Positions 25,260-32,000 of a stretch of 32,000 bases of DNA are shown piece by piece. Below the pieces are notes generated by a model. It worked only from the letters and a program-made list of their open reading frames with translations, had not been told where the DNA came from and made no database searches. This stretch comes from Mycobacterium tuberculosis H37Rv (GTDB taxonomy: Bacteria > Actinomycetota > Actinomycetes > Mycobacteriales > Mycobacteriaceae). The stretch covers positions 1,320,001 through 1,352,000 of the forward strand of contig NC_000962.3 of the NCBI RefSeq assembly GCF_000195955.2, in the 5' to 3' direction. The position numbers and the translations under genes are program-made. Position 1 is the stretch's first letter. Each line of letters begins with the position of its first letter.

Positions 25260-26324
25260 GTGCTGGATTTGCGCGGGGACCCGATCGAATTGACCGCGGC
25301 GCTGATTGACATCCCCAGCGAGTCGAGGAAGGAGGCACGCATCGCCGACGAGGTGGAAGCGGCGTTGCGCGCTCAGGCATCGGGGTTCGAGATCATCCGC
25401 AACGGCAACGCGGTGCTGGCGCGTACAAAGCTGAACCGGTCCTCGCGGGTGCTGTTGGCCGGACACCTGGACACCGTGCCAGTGGCCGGCAACCTGCCTA
25501 GCCGCCGCGAGAACGACCAGCTGCACGGCTGCGGCGCAGCCGACATGAAATCCGGCGACGCGGTCTTCCTTCATCTGGCCGCTACACTGGCCGAACCGAC
25601 GCACGATCTAACACTGGTGTTCTACGACTGCGAGGAAATCGATTCGGCGGCAAACGGTTTAGGCCGCATCCAGCGCGAGCTGCCGGACTGGCTATCCGCG
25701 GATGTAGCCATCTTGGGTGAGCCCACCGCCGGCTGCATCGAGGCTGGTTGCCAGGGCACGTTGCGTGTCGTCCTCAGCGTGACCGGAACTCGCGCGCATT
25801 CAGCGCGTTCGTGGTTGGGTGACAACGCAATCCACAAGTTGGGTGCTGTGCTGGACCGGTTGGCCGTCTACCGGGCACGCAGCGTCGACATCGACGGTTG
25901 CACCTATCGGGAGGGCCTCTCGGCGGTGCGCGTAGCAGGCGGCGTCGCCGGCAACGTGATCCCTGACGCGGCCTCGGTCACGATCAACTACCGCTTTGCC
26001 CCCGACCGGTCGGTGGCCGCGGCATTGCAACATGTCCATGACGTGTTCGACGGGCTCGACGTGCAGATCGAGCAGACGGACGCCGCGGCCGGTGCGCTGC
26101 CTGGCCTGTCCGAGCCCGCGGCCAAGGCGCTGGTCGAGGCCGCCGGCGGGCAGGTCCGGGCCAAGTATGGCTGGACTGATGTGTCGCGCTTTGCCGCTTT
26201 GGGCATACCGGCGGTCAATTACGGCCCGGGTGATCCCAACCTGGCGCACTGCCGCGACGAACGGGTGCCCGTCGGCAACATCACCGCGGCCGTGGACTTG
26301 CTGCGCCGATACCTGGGTGGCTAG
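25260..26324 (+). CDS. dapE: Succinyl-diaminopimelate desuccinylase (M20 metallopeptidase)
   Basis: 354-aa track ORF with a GTG start. Metal-ligand contexts LAGHLDTV and [10 protein letters not shown] are typical of the M20/DapE family. Confidence 0.92.
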   Translation: MLDLRGDPIELTAALIDIPSESRKEARIADEVEAALRAQASGFEIIRNGNAVLARTKLNRSSRVLLAGHLDTVPVAGNLPSRRENDQLHGCGAADMKSGDAVFLHLAATLAEPTHDLTLVFYDCEEIDSAANGLGRIQRELPDWLSADVAILGEPTAGCIEAGCQGTLRVVLSVTGTRAHSARSWLGDNAIHKLGAVLDRLAVYRARSVDIDGCTYREGLSAVRVAGGVAGNVIPDAASVTINYRFAPDRSVAAALQHVHDVFDGLDVQIEQTDAAAGALPGLSEPAAKALVEAAGGQVRAKYGWTDVSRFAALGIPAVNYGPGDPNLAHCRDERVPVGNITAAVDLLRRYLGG

Positions 26325-26905
26325 CGCTGCTGTGGCCCCAAGCGTGCTGCCGCCTTGGTCGCGTCGGCTGCCGCGGCTGCCATCCCGATCCCGGCCAGCT
26401 CCTCAGCCACCGCGGTCAGCTCGGCAGCATCTCCGTCGGCCAGGCCACGGGCGTGCTTGACGAGGATATTTCCTACGGTGCAGTCGATTTCGGCGGCGAG
26501 GCGAGTCACCGGGTCCACCGCACGGATGTCGCCCAACCGAACCGCGTTATGCCAGGCGCATAGGGCCACCGCCGCCTGCCCGGCCCGCTCAGCCGTCCGG
26601 GCGGCCTCCCGGGCCGCCGCGATGGCCCCTGTCATGTCCTGGGCCGCCGCCCTGGTCCAGGCCCTGGCCAGCCCGAGCTCGGGTGCGAACAACGCGGACT
26701 TCGTTCCGTGCCGAGCTTCAGCGCGCTGCAGTGTTTTTGCAGACTCGGCGATATGGCCTTGCTGCGCGATGGCCGTTGCCAACAACATCAGCGACAGCGG
26801 ACCCCACGAGTAGCCGGTTCGTTCCAGTGTGGCGGCGGCCGGCTCCAGCATCGATGCCGCGGCGCCGAATTCGCCTTTGGTGATCAGTACGTACGCCAAC
26901 AACAC
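26321..26905 (-). CDS. Helical-repeat (TPR-like) protein Rv1203c; probably the C-terminal fragment of the Rv1204c gene
   Basis: 194-aa track ORF with a GTG start. It is in the same frame as Rv1204c, 10 sense codons after that gene's TAG. Ala/Leu-rich helical repeats continue the Rv1204c C-terminal pattern. Confidence 0.7.
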   Translation of the reverse strand: MLLAYVLITKGEFGAAASMLEPAAATLERTGYSWGPLSLMLLATAIAQQGHIAESAKTLQRAEARHGTKSALFAPELGLARAWTRAAAQDMTGAIAAAREAARTAERAGQAAVALCAWHNAVRLGDIRAVDPVTRLAAEIDCTVGNILVKHARGLADGDAAELTAVAEELAGIGMAAAAADATKAAARLGPQQR

Positions 26906-26935
26906 TTCACCGATGGACCGGCCAGGTTGCTGCAG

Positions 26936-28624
26936 CTAGGCGAAGTCGGTGAACCGCTTGGCCAGCTCCTGAGCCGGCGCGACGTCGCCTGCCAGCAGCA
27001 GCGACGTGATCTGAGCCAGGCCCACGGTGAACCGCAGCAGCCCCGGATGTTCGGCGGCCGACGCCCGTTCGGCCAGCCGGTCAACGTCGCCGAACCGGCC
27101 CATTCGTGCCGATGATAACGCGGCAGCGCTGGCGGCCCAGGCCACGGCCATGTCGTCGGCAGCCGGTCCGGACAGCACCTCGGTGGCCAGCGTGATGGCC
27201 CGCGGCAAGTTTCCGGAGTTCATCGCAAACGTGGCCGCCAGCGCATCCAGGGTGCTGCGGGCCGTGGGCTCGGTCACTCGGCTGCGGGTCGTCTGCAGAA
27301 ACGCCGTGGCGCGCTCGGGCTCGTTGAGCATCCAGAACCGATTCGCCGCCCGGGGTATCGCCCAGGCCATCAGCTCGGTCTCGGTCAATTCGGCGGGATT
27401 CACCGCCGCCAGCACCGCGTCAGCTTCGCGACCGCGACCCTGCCAACCGAGTGCGTAAGCCAAGGGCAGGCGTGCCGCCAGGGCGTCCGACCTATCCAGC
27501 GCTGCCCGCGCCAACCGTTCGGCAAGCCGGACGTCGCCGAGCCGCAGGGCCTGCCCGGCTGCGGTCGCCGCATCCGTGACCGCGGCCGGGGTAGCACTGG
27601 CGGGGACGTCGATGGCCAGTGAGGACAGCCGTAACTGATCGCTGACATGGTCGGATGGGTGCTTGGCCAGCTGCGCGACCAGCGACACGCGCAATGCATG
27701 CGCGTGCTCGGCCGTCAATACGGCGCGTGCGCGGTCGGCGTACAGCGGATGGCCGACAAAAATCTCGCTGGTATCGCTGTCGGGACCCACCCGCACCGCG
27801 CCGGCGGCTTCGGCTTGGCCGAGCGTGTCCAACTGCTCGCCACCGACCAGGGCCACCAGGTCGGTGCGCGCCAACGGTTCGGCGATGGCGAGGTAGTCGA
27901 CAACGGCGCGGGCCGGTTCCGGCAGGGCGCACAGGTACTCGTCGATCACGCCGGACAGCGGCCGACGATCCTCGTCTCGACAGCGCCACCGGCCGTCCAC
28001 GTGTTCGAGACCACCGCCGTCGATGAGGTGGCGCAGATACAACGGGTTGCCAAGGCTGCGCCGAAAGAGCTCGTCGGCGTCGGCGACGTCCAGTGTCGCG
28101 TCCAGCGCCGACTCCACGAACGCCGCGGTTTGGGCCCTGTCGAGCGGCTCGATGGCGACCCGGGTGAGCAGGTCATCGGACCAGAGCGCAGCTATAGCGT
28201 CCGGTGGCTCGGCCTCCGAGGCGACGGTGACCACCAGCCGCGCCGCCCCGGCCCGCGCCAGCTGGTACACCAAGGTGGCCGACAGCGGATCCAGGTTGTG
28301 CGCGTCGTCGACCACCAGCAGCAGATCGCCAGCATCACCGGTCAGGGAACTACGCGCCGCCCGCAGCAGCGCCGCGGGCCGCCCAATGTCGGCTCCGGAG
28401 GCGGGCAGGCTGATCAAATGGCGGAAAGCGCCGAACGGGATGGCCCGCCCTGGAGCGGTTCCCACCACCCAGCGAGCCCGGCCGCTCCTGCCGTCCTCGG
28501 ACATGACCTGCTCGGCAGCCAGTTGCGCCAGCAGCGTCTTGCCGACGCCGTGTGGCCCGACCAGCACCACCCCGCACCGATCCGGACTGTCGACGGCCGC
28601 CTCCACGTGTTTCCAGACGCGCAT
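26936..28624 (-). CDS. STAND/LAL-type P-loop NTPase with helical-repeat C-terminus (Rv1204c)
   Basis: 562-aa track ORF. Walker A GPHGVGKT at aa 23-30, Walker B-like LLLVVDDAH, then TPR-like repeats. No DNA-binding or effector domain was recognised. Confidence 0.85.
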   Translation of the reverse strand: MRVWKHVEAAVDSPDRCGVVLVGPHGVGKTLLAQLAAEQVMSEDGRSGRARWVVGTAPGRAIPFGAFRHLISLPASGADIGRPAALLRAARSSLTGDAGDLLLVVDDAHNLDPLSATLVYQLARAGAARLVVTVASEAEPPDAIAALWSDDLLTRVAIEPLDRAQTAAFVESALDATLDVADADELFRRSLGNPLYLRHLIDGGGLEHVDGRWRCRDEDRRPLSGVIDEYLCALPEPARAVVDYLAIAEPLARTDLVALVGGEQLDTLGQAEAAGAVRVGPDSDTSEIFVGHPLYADRARAVLTAEHAHALRVSLVAQLAKHPSDHVSDQLRLSSLAIDVPASATPAAVTDAATAAGQALRLGDVRLAERLARAALDRSDALAARLPLAYALGWQGRGREADAVLAAVNPAELTETELMAWAIPRAANRFWMLNEPERATAFLQTTRSRVTEPTARSTLDALAATFAMNSGNLPRAITLATEVLSGPAADDMAVAWAASAAALSSARMGRFGDVDRLAERASAAEHPGLLRFTVGLAQITSLLLAGDVAPAQELAKRFTDFA

Positions 28625-28630
28625 CGCCGG

Positions 28631-28636
28631 ATTTTA
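28631..28636 (-). promoter_or_regulatory. Candidate -10 hexamer TAAAAT giving a leaderless Rv1204c mRNA
   Basis: The minus strand reads TAAAAT-ccggcg-ATG, with exactly 6 nt to the A of ATG 28624. Confidence 0.5.
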
Positions 28637-28705
28637 TGGCGGTTGCGCCCAACGACATTCGAGCGGGGGATAGGCCAAAAATGTACGCGGTTCACATCGG
28701 TGGTC

Positions 28706-28711
28706 TACGTT
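28706..28711 (+). promoter_or_regulatory. Candidate -10 hexamer TACGTT giving a leaderless Rv1205 mRNA
   Basis: TACGTT-ctggtgt-ATG, with 7 nt to the A of ATG 28719. No Shine-Dalgarno sequence is present. Confidence 0.4.
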
Positions 28712-28718
28712 CTGGTGT

Positions 28719-29282
28719 ATGTCGGCGAAAATCGACATTACCGGTGATTGGACTGTGGCCGTGTATTGCGCGGCCTCGCCAACGCACGCGGAGTTGCTAG
28801 AGCTGGCCGCCGAAGTCGGCGCGGCAATCGCCGGACGTGGCTGGACGCTGGTGTGGGGAGGTGGCCATGTTTCGGCGATGGGGGCTGTCGCCTCGGCGGC
28901 GCGAGCCTGCGGCGGCTGGACCGTCGGCGTGATTCCCAAGATGCTGGTGTACCGCGAACTGGCTGATCACGACGCCGACGAGCTAATCGTCACCGACACC
29001 ATGTGGGAGCGCAAGCAGATTATGGAAGATCGCTCAGATGCGTTCATCGTGTTGCCGGGCGGTGTCGGCACCCTAGACGAGCTGTTTGACGCATGGACCG
29101 ACGGGTATCTCGGTACCCATGACAAACCCATTGTGATGGTAGATCCCTGGGGGCATTTCGATGGACTGCGGGCATGGCTGAACGGATTGCTCGACACCGG
29201 TTACGTCTCACCCACGGCGATGGAACGGCTGGTGGTAGTCGATAACGTCAAGGACGCTCTGCGGGCCTGCGCACCTTCCTGA
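28719..29282 (+). CDS. LOG-family cytokinin riboside 5'-monophosphate phosphoribohydrolase (Rv1205)
   Basis: 187-aa track ORF. LOG signature motifs GGGHVSAMG and PGGVGTLDE (PGGxGTxxE) are present. Confidence 0.9.
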   Translation: MSAKIDITGDWTVAVYCAASPTHAELLELAAEVGAAIAGRGWTLVWGGGHVSAMGAVASAARACGGWTVGVIPKMLVYRELADHDADELIVTDTMWERKQIMEDRSDAFIVLPGGVGTLDELFDAWTDGYLGTHDKPIVMVDPWGHFDGLRAWLNGLLDTGYVSPTAMERLVVVDNVKDALRACAPS

Positions 29283-29331
29283 GGTTGGTCGACAACCAAT
29301 TCGACATTTCGCAAACGAATCGAGGGCTTAC

Positions 29332-31125
29332 GTGTCCGATTACTACGGCGGCGCACACACAACGGTCAGGCTGATCGACCTGGCAACTCGGATGCCGCGA
29401 GTGTTGGCGGACACGCCGGTGATTGTGCGTGGGGCAATGACCGGGCTGCTGGCCCGGCCGAATTCCAAGGCGTCGATCGGCACGGTGTTCCAGGACCGGG
29501 CCGCTCGCTACGGTGACCGAGTCTTCCTGAAATTCGGCGATCAGCAGCTGACCTACCGCGACGCTAACGCCACCGCCAACCGGTACGCCGCGGTGTTGGC
29601 CGCCCGCGGCGTCGGCCCCGGCGACGTCGTTGGCATCATGTTGCGTAACTCACCCAGCACAGTCTTGGCGATGCTGGCCACGGTCAAGTGCGGCGCTATC
29701 GCCGGCATGCTCAACTACCACCAGCGCGGCGAGGTGTTGGCGCACAGCCTGGGTCTGCTGGACGCGAAGGTACTGATCGCAGAGTCCGACTTGGTCAGCG
29801 CCGTCGCCGAATGCGGCGCCTCGCGCGGCCGGGTAGCGGGCGACGTGCTGACCGTCGAGGACGTGGAGCGATTCGCCACAACGGCGCCCGCCACCAACCC
29901 GGCGTCGGCGTCGGCGGTGCAAGCCAAAGACACCGCGTTCTACATCTTCACCTCGGGCACCACCGGATTTCCCAAGGCCAGTGTCATGACGCATCATCGG
30001 TGGCTGCGGGCGCTGGCCGTCTTCGGAGGGATGGGGCTGCGGCTGAAGGGTTCCGACACGCTCTACAGCTGCCTGCCGCTGTACCACAACAACGCGTTAA
30101 CGGTCGCGGTGTCGTCGGTGATCAATTCTGGGGCGACCCTGGCGCTGGGTAAGTCGTTTTCGGCGTCGCGGTTCTGGGATGAGGTGATTGCCAACCGGGC
30201 GACGGCGTTCGTCTACATCGGCGAAATCTGCCGTTATCTGCTCAACCAGCCGGCCAAGCCGACCGACCGTGCCCACCAGGTGCGGGTGATCTGCGGTAAC
30301 GGGCTGCGGCCGGAGATCTGGGATGAGTTCACCACCCGCTTCGGGGTCGCGCGGGTGTGCGAGTTCTACGCCGCCAGCGAAGGCAACTCGGCCTTTATCA
30401 ACATCTTCAACGTGCCCAGGACCGCCGGGGTATCGCCGATGCCGCTTGCCTTTGTGGAATACGACCTGGACACCGGCGATCCGCTGCGGGATGCGAGCGG
30501 GCGAGTGCGTCGGGTACCCGACGGTGAACCCGGCCTGTTGCTTAGCCGGGTCAACCGGCTGCAGCCGTTCGACGGCTACACCGACCCGGTTGCCAGCGAA
30601 AAGAAGTTGGTGCGCAACGCTTTTCGAGATGGCGACTGTTGGTTCAACACCGGTGACGTGATGAGCCCGCAGGGCATGGGCCATGCCGCCTTCGTCGATC
30701 GGCTGGGCGACACCTTCCGCTGGAAGGGCGAGAATGTCGCCACCACTCAGGTCGAAGCGGCACTGGCCTCCGACCAGACCGTCGAGGAGTGCACGGTCTA
30801 CGGCGTCCAGATTCCGCGCACCGGCGGGCGCGCCGGAATGGCCGCGATCACACTGCGCGCTGGCGCCGAATTCGACGGCCAGGCGCTGGCCCGAACGGTT
30901 TACGGTCACTTGCCCGGCTATGCACTTCCGCTCTTTGTTCGGGTAGTGGGGTCGCTGGCGCACACCACGACGTTCAAGAGTCGCAAGGTGGAGTTGCGCA
31001 ACCAGGCCTATGGCGCCGACATCGAGGATCCGCTGTACGTACTGGCCGGCCCGGACGAAGGATATGTGCCGTACTACGCCGAATACCCTGAGGAGGTTTC
31101 GCTCGGAAGGCGACCGCAGGGCTAG
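29332..31125 (+). CDS. fadD6: FadD6, very-long-chain acyl-CoA synthetase / FATP-like
   Basis: 597-aa track ORF. The GTG start is preceded by GAGGG. AMP-binding motif FTSGTTGFPKA and the FATP-like motif DRLGDTFRWKGENV are present. Confidence 0.92.
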   Translation: MSDYYGGAHTTVRLIDLATRMPRVLADTPVIVRGAMTGLLARPNSKASIGTVFQDRAARYGDRVFLKFGDQQLTYRDANATANRYAAVLAARGVGPGDVVGIMLRNSPSTVLAMLATVKCGAIAGMLNYHQRGEVLAHSLGLLDAKVLIAESDLVSAVAECGASRGRVAGDVLTVEDVERFATTAPATNPASASAVQAKDTAFYIFTSGTTGFPKASVMTHHRWLRALAVFGGMGLRLKGSDTLYSCLPLYHNNALTVAVSSVINSGATLALGKSFSASRFWDEVIANRATAFVYIGEICRYLLNQPAKPTDRAHQVRVICGNGLRPEIWDEFTTRFGVARVCEFYAASEGNSAFINIFNVPRTAGVSPMPLAFVEYDLDTGDPLRDASGRVRRVPDGEPGLLLSRVNRLQPFDGYTDPVASEKKLVRNAFRDGDCWFNTGDVMSPQGMGHAAFVDRLGDTFRWKGENVATTQVEAALASDQTVEECTVYGVQIPRTGGRAGMAAITLRAGAEFDGQALARTVYGHLPGYALPLFVRVVGSLAHTTTFKSRKVELRNQAYGADIEDPLYVLAGPDEGYVPYYAEYPEEVSLGRRPQG

Positions 31126-31190
31126 CGGATTCCGGGCGCAGTCTCGATACCCGCACTGGACGCTCGACGGTAACCAGGCACTATGGATGC

Positions 31191-32000
31191 GTGCGTTCAA
31201 CACCGCCGGCCTCAGCCGGTCGTTCAACACCGCCGGCGTTAGCCGGCCATTCAACACCGCCGGCGTTAGCCGGCCATTCAACGCTGTGCGGCCGTCCAGT
31301 CGCAGGTGATCGTGCGCTGATCATGGCGATCGTCAACCGCACCCCGGATTCGTTTTACGACAAGGGTGCGACTTTCAGCGACGCGGCTGCCAGAGACGCG
31401 GTCCACCGGGCCGTCGCCGACGGTGCCGACGTCATCGACGTCGGCGGTGTCAAAGCCGGCCCGGGTGAACGCGTCGACGTCGACACCGAGATCACGCGGC
31501 TGGTGCCGTTCATCGAATGGCTCCGCGGTGCTTACCCGGACCAGCTGATCAGTGTCGACACCTGGCGCGCGCAGGTGGCGAAGGCGGCCTGCGCGGCGGG
31601 GGCGGACCTGATCAACGACACCTGGGGTGGCGTCGACCCGGCCATGCCCGAGGTGGCCGCCGAGTTCGGCGCGGGCCTGGTGTGTGCGCACACCGGCGGC
31701 GCGCTGCCACGCACGCGACCCTTCCGGGTGAGCTACGGTACGACTACCCGCGGTGTGGTGGATGCTGTGATTAGCCAGGTCACAGCCGCCGCCGAGCGGG
31801 CCGTCGCGGCCGGGGTGGCCCGCGAGAAGGTGTTGATCGACCCGGCACACGACTTCGGCAAGAACACCTTCCATGGGCTGCTGCTATTGCGACACGTGGC
31901 CGATCTTGTTATGACCGGGTGGCCCGTGCTGATGGCTTTGAGCAACAAGGACGTTGTCGGGGAGACTCTGGGCGTGGATTTGACCGAACGGCTTGAGGGA
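31191..32000 (+). CDS. folP2: FolP2, dihydropteroate-synthase paralogue (5' partial; continues beyond the window)
   Basis: Not in the track because no stop falls in the window. My own translation from GTG 31191 gives VRSTPPASAGRSTPPALAGHSTPPALAGHSTLCGRPVAGDRALIMAIVNRTPDSFYDKGATF...VIDVGGVKAGPG...DTWGG, a DHPS-like pterin-binding fold. ATG 31323 is an alternative start. Confidence 0.85.
   Translation, partial: MRSTPPASAGRSTPPALAGHSTPPALAGHSTLCGRPVAGDRALIMAIVNRTPDSFYDKGATFSDAAARDAVHRAVADGADVIDVGGVKAGPGERVDVDTEITRLVPFIEWLRGAYPDQLISVDTWRAQVAKAACAAGADLINDTWGGVDPAMPEVAAEFGAGLVCAHTGGALPRTRPFRVSYGTTTRGVVDAVISQVTAAAERAVAAGVAREKVLIDPAHDFGKNTFHGLLLLRHVADLVMTGWPVLMALSNKDVVGETLGVDLTERLEG
31196..31284 (+). 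repeat. 27-bp tandem repeat, about 3.3 copies, in frame in the folP2 5' end
   Basis: Units at 31196-31222, 31223-31249 and 31250-31276, plus a partial unit to 31284. Units 2 and 3 are identical (TTCAACACCGCCGGCGTTAGCCGGCCA); unit 1 differs at 5 positions. The repeat encodes STPPA(S/L)AG(R/H). Confidence 0.92.

Noticed and set aside
29283-29297. Hairpin GGTTG-gtcga-CAACC between Rv1205 and fadD6.
   Set aside because: It has a short 5-bp stem and a weak U content downstream. The genes may simply be co-transcribed.

Overview
High-GC actinobacterial chromosome. From the proteins I recognise (PPE18/Mtb39A, EsxK/EsxL, IS1081 transposase, PapA3, MmpL10, SigI, DapD/DapE, FolP2) and from ORF lengths matching remembered annotation, this is the Mycobacterium tuberculosis complex region Rv1182-Rv1207. 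That identification is from memory; no search was run.

Gene order:
- DAT/PAT glycolipid genes papA3, mmpL10, chp2 and fadD21.
- Proline-utilisation module: a PucR-type regulator (Rv1186c) divergent from pruA-pruB.
- sigI followed by three alpha/beta-hydrolases and fadD36.
- A second PucR-type regulator (Rv1194c) divergent from an orphan ESX-5-type cassette, PE13-PPE18-esxK-esxL.
- One complete IS1081 (1324 bp, 15-bp inverted repeats).
- An MFS transporter, dapD/dapE, a split STAND/LAL-like ATPase (Rv1204c/Rv1203c), a LOG-family cytokinin-type enzyme (Rv1205), fadD6, and the 5' part of folP2.

I saw no tRNA, rRNA or CRISPR array.

Observations most worth a second look:
1. Four copies of a 13-bp palindrome (GTGCA-N3-TGCAC, three of them perfect) confined to the 490-bp Rv1194c/PE13 intergenic region. 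One copy overlaps a leaderless-type promoter of Rv1194c.
2. Rv1204c and Rv1203c are in the same frame, separated by a single TAG. This looks like one interrupted gene.
3. Conserved-looking MmpL N-terminal codons lie upstream of the only canonical mmpL10 start and are in frame with the papA3 stop.
4. An exact TGTCACA-n16-CGTC (ECF41/SigJ-type) promoter sits upstream of sigI.
5. An in-frame 27-bp tandem repeat forms the N-terminus of FolP2.

Many long ORFs in the supplied track are antisense or alternate-frame artefacts of high GC and were rejected.
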